From Octopus sinensis (lineage: Eukaryota), in the NCBI RefSeq assembly GCF_006345805.1, contig NC_043025.1, positions 9,672,001 through 9,736,000 on the forward strand: 64,000 nt of DNA. The letters run 5' to 3'. This document shows positions 22,745 through 34,455 of the stretch, piece by piece. Position 1 is the first letter of the stretch, and each line of letters starts with the position of its first letter. Under the pieces are notes generated by a model. It saw only the letters and a program-made list of their open reading frames with translations. It had not been told where the DNA came from and did not search any database. Position numbers and translations under genes: made by a program.

Positions 22745-23082
22745 CTTTTATTCTCTTATTTGTTTCAGTCATTTGACTGTGGCCATGCTGAAGCACCGCC
22801 TTTAGTCGAGCAAATCGACCCCGGGACTTATTCTTTGTAAGACTAGTACTTATTCTATCGGTCTCTTTTGCCGGACTGCTAAGTTACGGGGACGTAAACA
22901 CACCAGCATCGGTTGTCAAGCGATGTCGGGGGGACAAACACAAACATACAACACACACACACACATATATATATGCACATATATGCGATGGGCTTCTTTC
23001 AGTTTCCGTCTACCAAATCCACCCACAAGGCTTTGGTTGGCCCGAGGCTATAGTAGAAGACACTTGCCCAAGGTGCCACGCA
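22745..23082 (-). mobile_element. SINE family A, 5' truncated
   Basis: Tail and core match. Confidence 0.85.
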
Positions 23083-23310
23083 ATATACATACATTTATGT
23101 GTATATGTGTGCAGGAATGCATGCATGTATGTATGTATGTATGTATGCATATCATCAAGACTGCAATGTGTCGACTATTTGTGGACCCAATAAAGCCCGG
23201 GGTAGAACCAAACAACTACCACCGCCACTGTTTCCACCGCCACCACAACAACACCACATAAATAGTAACAACAACAGCAACAACTATGATGACATTGAAA
23301 TTAATGTTAC

Positions 23311-23373
23311 CTTCGACTTAGCTTCACTTTCTGCCATGGAAATTTCATTCTCCCACGTGTCATAATTTAATGC
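23311..23373 (-). CDS. CLCN7: CLC-7-like coding exon (ALNYDTWENEISMAESEAKSK)
   Basis: TTTATTTTCAG acceptor, AAG|GTAACA donor, 63 nt phase 0-0; equivalent to the conserved SLDYD..EN segment of CLC-6/7. Confidence 0.85.
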
Positions 23374-23439
23374 CTGAAAATAAAGTCAATACATAAATAT
23401 ATATATACATATATAGATATATATATGTGTGTGTGTGTG

Positions 23440-23472
<33 letters not shown>

Positions 23473-23477
<5 letters not shown>

Positions 23478-23605
23478 CAGCCGAAATTACTACGATGATC
23501 CGGTTCTTGACTGAAGACTGAGGGGTTCGAATGTCCTGTCCATGTTTATTGTATCGTCTTCTAAGAGTTATACGTTCTTGTCCATGTTGTATTTTTCTAC
23601 ATACC

Positions 23606-23606
<1 letters not shown>
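23473..23606. repeat. Unclassified interspersed repeat (also ~52545-52775 and ~59960-60175)
   Basis: Shared AATCAGCCGAAATT...GATGATC.GGTTCTT.ACTGAAGA block in three copies. Confidence 0.75.
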
Positions 23607-23647
<41 letters not shown>

Positions 23648-23689
23648 TATAAAATTCACTTGTCCATGACAAAAAATATTCCTCCAGTA

Positions 23690-24640
23690 CTGTTCTCACC
23701 TTATCTCAAAATGATTTTGAAGAATGCAGAATAAATGATAATCAGATGGGGCAATGCCAGGTGAATATGGTGGGTTGGGCATCGTTTCTTATTCAAATAT
23801 CTCCAGCCTTTGGAATGTCTCCCCGCTGTATGTGGCCGAGCATTATCCCGATGGAAGAACACCTTTCGTCTTGGAACCAAAGATGGTCATTTCTCTTCTA
23901 GCGCTGACTTACGCCACTCAAGTTGCTCACACTAGATCTCCTCTGTTACCATTTGGTTTGGGTTTAAAAGTTCCAAGTGGACTAAATCTTTCATGTCCCA
24001 CCAAACAGATAACAACACCTTACGTGGGTGAAGACCTTCTTTAGCCTGGGGTGCCAGTGTTTCTCCTTTCGCTACACACTGTCTTTGGCATTTGACATTT
24101 TTAAAGAGAGAACCCATTTCTTACCACAGTGACTATTTTGTCCAAAAAAGGTTCATTTGTGAGATGTGACAACAAAGAAGAGCACACATTCACTCTCTGG
24201 GCACGATTAGACCCAGATGAACCATTGACCCAGATAACAACACCTTACGTGGGTGAAGACCTTCTTTAGCCTGGGGTGCCAGTGTTTCTCCTTTCCCTAC
24301 GCACTGTCTTCGGCACTTGACATTTTTATAGAGAACCCCTTTTTCACCACAGTCACTATTTTGTCCAAAAAAAGGTTCATTTGTGAGACATAACAGCAAA
24401 GAAGAGCACACATTCAATCTCTGTACACGATTAGACTCAGAAAATTTATAAGGAACCCATTGACCCAATTTCCTGACTTTTCCTATGGCACGCAGGTGTT
24501 GATGAATGGCTGAATGACCAAATCCAAGCATCTCTGCTAGTTCCTCAACAGTTACAATGGGATCTTTTTCCACCAGGACATCCTCGTAGAGCTCTACAGA
24601 TGAGATTCATCTTCTAGGCTGCAGTTTCCATCTCAGAATT
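23690..24640 (-). pseudogene. Degraded mariner (DD34D-type) transposase with an internal duplication
   Basis: WVPYKF, KEGLHPRKVLLSVWWD, HRDNARPH and IAPSDYHLF motifs; ~250-bp catalytic segment present twice. Confidence 0.9.
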
Positions 24641-24944
24641 TCTCAAACCACCATTGACACTAGCTTACACGTATTGTCCAATCCTCATATACTGCATTGA
24701 TATTCCTTGCACTTTCTGTTGTATTGTTGCCTTTACTGAATTCATAAAGCAAAATATGGTCCTTTCTCACTCCCATTATAGCTTTGAAAATATAACTATT
24801 GAAATCAAACTGCACTCTTCAAAACTTGCACTAAGAATAAGCACAAGGTAAAATTACTACCTGCTTTTATAGCAAGTTACTGCAGGTAGTTTATCCCATT
24901 CCCCTTCATACAATTGAAAAAAACAGCATTATTTATGGGATGAC

Positions 24945-24985
<41 letters not shown>

Positions 24986-25134
24986 AGATAGGGGTTTCAG
25001 CTACAATGTAATTGTATATTATATTTCTTTTTCTATGTCTAGTTATATTTGCAATATATTATGTATAATGTCATTGCTGTTGTGTAATGGTTTAATAAAG
25101 TATTGTTTGGGTATTATCTGATGGTTGACGATTG

Positions 25135-25233
25135 ATTTAGGTATGTTTCTCCATTTTCTCATTTTGTATTTTGTATATATATATATATTCTATATATATC
25201 TATATATATATATATATATATATATCTATACAT

Positions 25234-25266
<33 letters not shown>

Positions 25267-25450
25267 CATGCATATATATATGTACATTATATGTGTGTGT
25301 GTATAAGTATAATGTATGTGTATATTTATGTATTCATATATATATATACACACACAATATATTTATGTGTATGTATATATGTGTGTTGTGTGTGTATGTT
25401 TACATAGTATACATGTGTATATTTACATGTGTGCATATATACATGTATGG
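25135..25450. repeat. TA/TG microsatellite
   Basis: Direct inspection. Confidence 0.9.
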
Positions 25451-25897
25451 GTGTGTAGGAGGTGTGCACCTGTGTAAGACAAGGAACCAGGTGAACCATA
25501 TGTTGTGAACGGAAGGTGACGAGTTTCACAGCCAAGCATAATATATGCTGATGAAACACCTGACGCTAATTACATTTGCAAATTTAATTAGGAAGAAGCT
25601 GTGATGACGACTCAGTAAACTTATATGTGTTGCTTGCTGTACACCAAGTTTACATTGTTATTGTAAAGAACTGGATGCACCCAAGAGATGCTGTTGCGTG
25701 GGTGGGAAGTTCAGTCTCCAGCCACCTGGCTTTGGTGTCAGGTACCATCATGCACCATTTTGGGTATGTGCCTTCTTGTTTGCCATCTGGCCAAACGATG
25801 CTGTGAATTGAATGTAAGTGTTGTGGTGAGGAAACTGTGCGGAAGCCTCTTTCACTCTTTCACTTGTTTCAGTCATGTGACTGTGGCCATGCTTGAG

Positions 25898-26200
25898 AAA
25901 GAGAGAGAGAGACAAAGGCAGGGAAGAGAGGGTAAGATAGAGATAAAGACAGAGAGAGAGAGAGAGACAAAGGCAAAGAGAGGGAGAGACAAAGGTAGAC
26001 AGAGGGAGGGAGAGAGACAAAAGCAGAGAGAGAGAGAAACAAAGGCAGAGAGAGAGTGAGAGAGACAAAGGCAGAGAGAGAGGGAGAGAGATAAAGGCAG
26101 AGAGAGAGACAAAGACAGAGAGAGAGAGAGACAGAGAGAGAGACAAAGACAGAGAGAGAGAGACAGAGGCAGAGAGAGAGAGACTGAGACACAGAGAGAT
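25898..26200. repeat. (GA)n/(GACAAAGGCA) purine-rich tract
   Basis: Direct inspection. Confidence 0.92.
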
Positions 26201-26478
26201 GGATGCAGGCCCTTACCTCCCACTTGGAAACAATTCGTTTACGATAATGAAGAGAATTCTGTGGAATGCTGTATTCCTTGATTCTGTTGCCAACTTCCTG
26301 GAAAAGATAAAAATAGAGAGAAGGATTAGTGATGTGACCATATAGTGGGGAGATGGGGCATATAAAAAGGTGCATATGGAGGGGTAGCCATATGGGGATT
26401 GTCATACAGTGGGGTGTTGGTAATGTAGTCTTTTATCGTCCATCTTTTGTTTGGGACTCTGCCTTGAAAAATTCTTAG

Positions 26479-27188
26479 AAAAACGCCGACGCCATGGTGA
26501 TCTCATTCTTGCTCACAACATCATAAGCGGAAAGTGTAACCTCTCGAAAGAGCTGTTCTCCAGAGTGTCGGCTGCGGGGTCACTCCGTAAAGCTCTATCT
26601 GCGACGATTTCATCTCAATCGAAGGAGAGGGGCTTTCTCCGTCCGGGTTGCGGATCCATGGAATAAGCTGCCGGACGAGATAGTGAAGATGCCAACAACA
26701 GCTCGGTTCAAAGTCTCCCTTGACCACAAGTGGGCTGAACTCTTTACATGAACACCACCCTGTACATAACTCCATGTCCCCCTACATGGCCTTGCTTTTT
26801 TGCTTTTTGAGCCAGACGACGCCGTGGTGATCTCATTCTTGCTCACAACATCATAAGCGGAAAGTGTAACCTCTCGAAAGAGCTGTTCTTCACTCCTGCT
26901 CCAGAGTGTCGGCTGCGGGGTCACTCCAAAAAGCTCTATCTGCGACGATTTCATCTCAATCGAAGGAGAGGGGCTTTCTCCGTCCGGGTTGCGGATCCAT
27001 GGAATAAGCTGCCGGACGAGATGGCGAAGATGCTGATGACCGCTCGGTTCAAAGTCTTTCTTGACCAGAAATGGCCTGAACTCTTTGCGTGAACACCACC
27101 CTGTACATAACTCCATGTCCCCCTACATGGCCTTCCTTTTTGCTTTTTGAGCCAAAATAATTAACTAACTAATTAACTAACTAACTAA
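26479..27188 (+). mobile_element. CR1-clade LINE 3' end, tandemly duplicated, with (TAAC)n tail
   Basis: RRRGDLILAHNIISG...LRGHSKKL...AFSVRVADPWNKLP...FK..LD; copies 26479-26814 and 26815-27154. Confidence 0.9.
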
Positions 27189-27364
27189 ATGAATCGACCC
27201 CAGTACTTATATATTTCTTTCTTAAAGCCTAGTACATATTCCATCAGTCTTTTTTTGTTGAACTGTTAAGTTACAAGGATGTAAACACACCAACAGCAGT
27301 TGTCAAGCAGTGGTGGGAGACAAATACAGACACACACACACACACATCAATATATGTGTGGATG

Positions 27365-27860
27365 AGGCGATCTGTGTGAAGAAGTACCACATCCCAAACA
27401 GTGGAAGGAATCCGGAGTAGAGGGAGACCCAGGAAGACATGGGATGAGGTGGTGAAACATGACCTTCGAACGTTGGGCCTCACAGAGGCAATGACAAAAG
27501 ACCGGGACCTCTGGAGATATGCTGTGACTGAGAAGACCCAGCAAATAAAGTGAGTTCACAGCTGTAATCTACAGCAGTGTTGCATAACCAGCCCACCCAA
27601 AAGTACCTTGGATCGTAGGGTGGCATACCATGCTTGGGGAGACATATTTAGTCAAGTACATCAAAACCAAAATCAAATGGAAATTGCAGTTGTGATCCCC
27701 GTGCGGATGGCATGTAAAAAGCACTATCCGAACATGGCCAATGCCAGTGCCGCTTTTGACTGGCTTCCATGCCGGTGGCATGTAAGAAGCACCAACCGAT
27801 TGTGGTTGTTACCATACCCGTCTGGCCCCTATGCCAGTAACATGTAAAAAGCACCCATTA
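27365..27860 (+). mobile_element. RTE LINE 3' fragment (second subfamily)
   Basis: RGRPRKTWDEVVKHDLRTLGLTEAMTKDRDLWRYAV then a 3' UTR different from that at 39241. Confidence 0.82.
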
Positions 27861-27865
27861 CACTC

Positions 27866-27974
27866 TACCCATCTATCTACCCATCTATCTATCTATCTCT
27901 CTATCCATTTATCTATCTATCTATCTATCCATCTATCTATCTGTCTGTCTATCTATCTATCTATCTATCTATCC

Positions 27975-28005
<31 letters not shown>

Positions 28006-28023
28006 CATCTATCTATCTATCTG

Positions 28024-28065
<42 letters not shown>

Positions 28066-28150
28066 CATCTATCTATCTGTCTATCCATCTATATATCTAT
28101 CTGTCTATCCATCTATCTATCTGTCTATCCATCTATATATCTATCTATCC

Positions 28151-28181
<31 letters not shown>

Positions 28182-28182
28182 C

Positions 28183-28225
<43 letters not shown>

Positions 28226-28226
28226 C

Positions 28227-28257
<31 letters not shown>

Positions 28258-28274
28258 CATCTTCTATCTATCTA

Positions 28275-28326
<52 letters not shown>

Positions 28327-28569
28327 CATCTATCTATCTGTCTATCCATCTATATATCTATCTGTCTATCCATCTATCTATGTCTATCCATCTATCTATC
28401 ACTATCTATCCATCTATATATCTGTCTGTCTGTCTGTCTGTCGTCTGTCTGCTGTCGTCTGTCTGTCTGTCTGTTGTCTGTCCGTATGTCCGTCCGTCGT
28501 CCGTCGTCCGTCCGTCCGTCCATCCGTCCGTCTGTCTGTCTGTCTGTCTATCTATCTGTCCATCCATCC

Positions 28570-28606
<37 letters not shown>
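27866..28606. repeat. (TATC)n/(TGTC)n microsatellite
   Basis: Direct inspection. Confidence 0.97.
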
Positions 28607-30852
28607 AACAAGGGAAATGTAATAGATAACTTTAGGCCCATCACTTGCTTAATGCAGACTTGAAAATTTGGCCAAGGTGCTAGCCAAGAGGTGGCGCTTG
28701 TCATCGAGAACTGGTCGACAAGGCGCAAACATGCGCCGTGCCAGGCCGGACCATCCATGACAACCTCCATCTGATGCGCTACATCATAGACAGGGTAGTT
28801 AACGAACCTGGCATGGGTGGGGCCCTGATCAACTTGGATCAATCGAAAGCCTTTGATAGGGTGGACCATCGATACTTGGAGCAGTCCTGAGAGCGGCTGG
28901 TTTCGGGCCCGTCTTCCGCGGCTGGATAGCTGCCTTGTACAGAGGCATCCGTTCGGTAATTCGCGTAAATGGACATCTATCGAGACCTTTCGACATTGCA
29001 CGTTCGGTCCGTCAGGGATGCCCCCTCTCGGCGTCTATACGTATTGACTCTTGAGCCATACTGCGGAAGCTGGCGACTCTAAGGGGCATCCCGCGAGAAT
29101 TGGGATGCGGGACGAGCGTGTCTGCATACGCGGACGACGTCACCGTCATAGTGTCTAGCCACGAGCACATCGAGCTGGTCTGCGAGACACTGAAAAAATA
29201 CGAAGCGGTGACAGGAGCGAAAATCAACCGGGAAAAGTCAGTGGGCTTGCGACTAGGCACCTGGAGAAGCAAGCCCATGCCGTCCACCAGCGCCTCCGTC
29301 GTGGGACGCTGCTGGACCGACGGCCCGGTTGAGTTGCTCAGGGTCTGGTTTGGTCCGGACCTCCAAGTGAAGAAGAACTGGAATGAGATAACGAGTCGGG
29401 TGGTCACTCTTGCCCGGCAATGGGCCGAGAGGAAACTGTCCCTAAAAGGTCGAGCGAAGGTGGCGAACATGTACATCGCGTCCGTCATCTACTACCGCCT
29501 GACCGTCGTACCTTGTCCTGACCCTACCATCACCAAACTACAACGCATCCTCTTTCGCTTCTTGTGGAAAGGATGCGTCCCGATGGTCAGGCGATCCATT
29601 TGCTGTCAACACCCGTTTAAAAGGAGGGCTGGGCATGCCGTGGTTGATGATGCGCAGACACGCGCTGAGACTGCGACATCTCTGGCTCTATGTAGACGAC
29701 GGTGAACAGGTGTGGTCGCCGTTTGTGAGGCACGCTTTCCCGCAGCTCGTCTCCATGACCGAACTGCAGTCGTGGATCAAAAAGAGGCCGAGGAAGGGCG
29801 AAGGCACCGCGAGTGTCGCGTTGCTCTCAAGCAACTCTGCCGTCCTGGGTCGACCTTAAGTGACTTCAACACAACAAAGCATTCTATAGGGGTTTAGTGG
29901 AGGGGAGGTACGACGACGAGCTCGGGGCGAACCTGGACGTCGACGAGGAGTACCTGACCCGCCTGTCGGGACGACTTTCGGGCCAGGGCCCATGGACAAC
30001 TTCCAGAGATCCCTGGCCTGGCAGTGCTACCGAGAAGCGCTACCCGTTCGGGATAAGCTCTACAGACACGGCTCGAGAAACACGGGGCTGACCTGCCCGA
30101 GATGCGGTCAGAGCGACGAAACCTGTGGGCTTATGTCACGTGTCACGTGTGGGACGAGTCGGTTTATCAGCTGAGTCTATCGTCAATATTGTCACGCCTC
30201 CTTCCTTCAAACGGGAAGGAAGAGCTATTTTCATCATCCTTGTGGCTATGGCGAAAGAATGTATCTGGTGGACGCGTCTGAAGGATTGGAGACAAACACT
30301 TTCCTCTCTGGTCAATCTCTCATCAACTTCTTCAAGTACCACTTGAAAAGGAAAGTGAGAGTAGAGAGGCAAGTTTTGTCTAGCGAATGTTTTAAAAAAA
30401 GATGGGTGAATGTAGCAAGAATGGCACGTATGAATGACGAAGCCACCTTGAGCATAGTCCTATGAACCAGAAATCGAAAACAGAGAGTTGCTTATTTGCA
30501 AAAAAAAAAAAAAAAAAAAAAAAAGAAATATAAAATGTGACTTCATTGACCGAGGTTACCGTGGTCTTTTCCGTAGGCTTTTCTTTCCACGGGTAAACCT
30601 CACCTGTCCTCCCCTTTACACTTCATATTGACATTTCTGTGATAACGATCCCTATTGATCAATTTTTTTTTTTTCCTCTCCCCCCTTTTTTTTTTTTTTA
30701 ACCCCCCTTTTTTTGTCCTCTTTCTCTCCTTTTACGATCCCTTTTGATCGAAACTCCCCCTTCCTTTTTTTTTTTTTAAACCTTCAAAAGAAAAGCTCTA
30801 CCTTGTAATTTGTTCTATCTGTGTGCAGCCCTGTGTGGCTAATAAAGAAACA

Positions 30853-30853
<1 letters not shown>
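28607..30853 (+). mobile_element. 5'-truncated Tx1/L1-group non-LTR retrotransposon (RT plus C-terminal Cys region), frameshifted
   Basis: NFRPIT, LDQSKAFDRVDH, RQGCP, AYADDVTV, KLSLKGRA, FRFLWKG and CPRCG motifs across frames; ORF ends 30465; 3' UTR with A and T runs ending AATAAAGAAACAT; GC-rich relative to flanks. Confidence 0.92.
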
Positions 30854-30896
<43 letters not shown>

Positions 30897-30979
30897 CATC
30901 CATCCATCCATTTATCTATCTATCTATCTATCCATCCATCCATCCATCCATCCATCCATCCATCCATCCATCCATCCAT

Positions 30980-31032
<53 letters not shown>

Positions 31033-31117
31033 CATCCATCCATCCATCCATCCATCCATCCATCCATCCATCCATCCATCCATCCATCCATCCATCCATC
31101 CATCCATCCATCCATCC

Positions 31118-31168
<51 letters not shown>

Positions 31169-31221
31169 CATCCATATCTATCTATCTATCTATCTATCCA
31201 TCTATCTATCCACCCATCCAT
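30854..31221. repeat. (ATCT)n/(ATCC)n microsatellite
   Basis: Direct inspection. Confidence 0.97.
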
Positions 31222-31394
31222 TACTCTAAGGATCTTTAATCAACTGAAATTTCACTTTGTAATGAGAATATAATATCTTCATTACTGCTAATGACAATTT
31301 TTCTTGGTAAACGAAGAAGAGAATTCCACAAATAAATTTGAACAAAAATTAAACAGAAAAGTTTGATTGCCAGATTTTCACAAATGTCAACATA

Positions 31395-31790
31395 GGCGCA
31401 GGAGTGGCTGTGTGGTAAGTAGCTTGTTTACCAGCCACATGGTTCCAGGTTCAGTCCCACTGCGTGGCACCTTGGGCAAGTGTCTTCTACTATAGCCTCA
31501 GTCCGACCAAAGCCTTGTGAGTGGATTTGGTAGACGGAAACTGAAAGAAGCCCGTCATATATATGTATATATATATGCGTGTGTGTGTCTGTGTTTGTCC
31601 CCCCTAGCATTGCTTGACAACCGATGCTGGTGTGTTTATATCCCCGTTACTTAGCGGTTCGGCAAAAGAGACCGATAGAATAAGTACTGGGCTTACAAAG
31701 AATAAGTCCCGAGGTCGAATTGCTCGATTAAAGGCGGTGCTCCAGGATGGCCGCAGTCAAATGACTGAAACAAGTAAAAGAGTTAAAGAG
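31395..31790 (+). mobile_element. SINE family A abutting a CLC splice donor
   Basis: Full length; tail ends at the donor hexamer 31790-31795. Confidence 0.9.
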
Positions 31791-31795
31791 TTTAC

Positions 31796-31954
31796 CTTCA
31801 GTTTTGAAGACAGCAACTGAGTAATACTGGACTGTGTGAGGGTCTCTGTAGGTTCCACATCCACATCAAGAAGGTCCAAAGACCGGGGTCTTGGTTTCGA
31901 CCTGGAATTGGTATTTTCATTAAGTATATCAACTTTTACCGGGGTAACAGTAAA
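31796..31954 (-). CDS. CLCN7: CLC-7-like N-terminal coding exon (FTVTPVKVDILNEN...TQSSITQLLSSKLK)
   Basis: Long pyrimidine tract + CAG, AAG|GTAAAC donor, 159 nt phase 0-0, open frame; ends LLSSKLK where CLC-7 has LLSLKYE before the SLDYD exon. Confidence 0.75.
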
Positions 31955-32184
31955 CTGCAAGTAAAAAACAGAGAGAGAAAGTGAGTATCTAATAACACAC
32001 GCATGTAATATGTATTTGGTAGAAAACCCCTTTTGGATAGAAAAATTCAAAGGTACCATTTGACCTTTTTTTTTTTTTTAATCCAAAAAGGGTTTTTCAT
32101 TTCATGTAATATTTAAAAGTTGTTTTTTTTTTTATATATACTTCTTTATACGGTCTTTGAAGAACCAGCTGTAGAAAAGAAGCA

Positions 32185-32849
32185 GGATCTTTTCCGTTTG
32201 ACTGGCAGTTTTTTAAAATAATTTCTAGGTAACTAAAAAAATTTTAAACTTCGTATACTGGTAGAATGTGTTTATAAAACATCTTTTTCTCTTGGCTTTA
32301 TCGAGAAAATTTTATAGTTTGTAAGATATTTGTTGTTTTCTTTCTTCAATTTCTGCAATTTCAACCAATCAATGACGTCTATTGAGGTAAAAAAAAACAT
32401 TCTGTGCCGTATGAATATGTCCCTCGTTTAAGAAATAGGGATCTTTTCGGTTTGACCAGCAGTTTTTAAAATTAATTTCCACATAACTAAACACTTTTAA
32501 ACTTCGTATACTGGTAGAATGTGTTTATAAAACATCTTTTTCTCTTGGCTTTATCAAGAAAATTCTATAGTTTGTAAGATATTTGTTGTTTTCTTTCTTC
32601 AATTTCTGCAATTTCAACCAATCAATGACGTCTATTGAGGTAAAAAACATTCTGTGCCGTATGAATATGTCCCTCGTTTAAGAAACAGATTGGGTTTATT
32701 TACATTTGTGAAGGAAAAAAGATACCCTTCCCCCACCCCTAACCCTAAAACAGATTGAAATGCAATAGATCAATTCTAGGGTCATAATGATGGGTGATAA
32801 TTTCATATGACACCACAAGAAAAAACTGCTGTTCAAACCCAAAAGATCC
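32185..32849 (+). mobile_element. TIR MITE with duplicated left arm
   Basis: ~29-bp imperfect TIR GGATCTTTT..GTTTGA...GCAGTTTTT; left ~250 bp repeated from 32439. Confidence 0.75.
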
Positions 32850-33240
32850 AAGAATCATTACACACACACACATATGCATGTAGGGCAATTCTGTGCAAAA
32901 GAGACAAAAACTGAAAAATTATTATAAAACTGTGCTACCATAATTTATGAATTTTTATATTCCCATAAGCCAATGGGATTCAAAAAAGTAAAAAAAAAAA
33001 AAAAAAAACAAATTCTGCAGGACCATTGTCATGTGACCAGGGCAGCCATCTTTGATCCAGCCTAGAAGGTGAGAATTTGACTGCAAGAACAAGAAGGTAG
33101 GTATCCAGTCCCATCCTAGAAAAATATTAACTATAAATCTTGCTAAGATGTATTTTGAGGAAGAACTGGAGTAAAACTACAGTTTGGCAGTGTTATTTTT
33201 TAGGAAGATCATCTTGATTGTCATCAAAAGCAGAATTTAC

Positions 33241-33304
33241 TGTGGCCATTAGAATTTGTTGTGTCAGTTGGATTTTGGGCATTATAAGTTTAGCCTACAA
33301 AATC
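33241..33304 (-). CDS. Candidate CLC start-codon exon (MPKIQLTQQILMAT)
   Basis: TTTGTCAG acceptor, in-frame stop upstream of the ATG at 33282, phase-0 donor ACA|GTAAAT; no homology support. Confidence 0.25.
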
Positions 33305-33394
33305 CTGACAAATAATTACTTCAAACCTGTTGTTGTTGTTGTTGTATTTGTTGTTGTTGTTGTTGCTGCTGCTGTTGTTGTTGTTAAGCCAGCA

Positions 33395-33507
33395 AGGCTG
33401 GCAGATCAAGATTGGAGCCTGGTGCAGCCATCTGGTTCGCCAGACCTCAGTTAAATCGTCCAACCCATGCTAGCATGGAAAGCGGACGTTAAACGATGAT
33501 GATGATA

Positions 33508-33547
<40 letters not shown>

Positions 33548-33734
33548 CTTACGTATGTGGCACGTAAAAGCACCCACTTACACTCTCGGAGTGGTTGGCG
33601 TTAGGAAGGGCATCCATCTGTAGAATTCTGCCAGATCAGATTGGAGCCTGGTGCAGCCATCTGGTTTGCCAGTCCTCAGTCAAATCGTCCAACCATGCTA
33701 GCATGAAAGCGGACGTTAAACGATGATGATGATA

Positions 33735-33774
<40 letters not shown>

Positions 33775-33964
33775 CTTACGTATGTGGCACGTAAAAGCAC
33801 CCACTTACACTCTCGGAGTGGTTGGCGTTAGGAAGGGCATCCATCTGTAGAAATTCTGCCAGATCAGATTGGAGCCTGGTGCAGCCATCTGGTTTGCCAG
33901 TCCTCAGTCAAATCGTCCAACCCATGCTAGCATGGAAAGCGGACGTTAAACGATGATGATGATA

Positions 33965-34004
<40 letters not shown>

Positions 34005-34160
34005 CTTACGTATGTGGCACGTAAAAGCACCCACTTACACTCTCGGAGTGGTTGGCGTTAGGAAGGGCATCCATCTGTAGAAATTCTGCCAGATCAGATT
34101 GGAGCCTGGTGCAGCCATCTGGTTTGCCAGTCCTCAGTCAAATCGTCCAACCCATGCATG
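33395..34160 (+). mobile_element. Tandem ~240-bp repeats of an RTE-tail element plus (GAT)n(TA)n
   Basis: Three to four copies of the CACTCTCGGAGTGGTTGGCGTTAGGAAGGGCATCC...GCGGACGTTAAACGATGAT unit (first and last partial). Confidence 0.85.
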
Positions 34161-34455
34161 CATCAGTTATGTGTACCTGTTGCATCAGTCACACATTTCT
34201 AGGTGAAAATATTGCATCAGCTATGTGTACCTGTTGTGTTAGTTACATTTTACCAAAGGCCCCGCAGCATGTATTACACAATAGTGTTGGATATAAAAGC
34301 CTGAATAACATCCATACTACTTCAGGTTTCTTTTAATATAAAAATTGCTTGCACATGTCTATTTCTGTATAGATTTTCCAGCATAAGTACCATTAAGTCA
34401 GGTATCATGCCTTTTTTACATTATGTCACTTATGCAAGTATTTATTCTCTCCAAG

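Noticed and set aside
23473-23606. CTGAAGA...GAAT/GAAC hammerhead-like words in the unclassified repeat (also 52.6 and 60.1 kb)
   Set aside because: GAAA core is missing in all three copies, and no consistent stem I or II pairing was found in type I or II topology
24669-24735. Minus-strand AG...GTAAGC interval as the missing CLC exon
   Set aside because: Phase is incompatible and there is no similarity; the correct exon was found at 23311-23373
31796-31954. Acidic dileucine lysosomal sorting motifs in the N-terminal exon
   Set aside because: DLL and QLL lack D/E at the required -4 position
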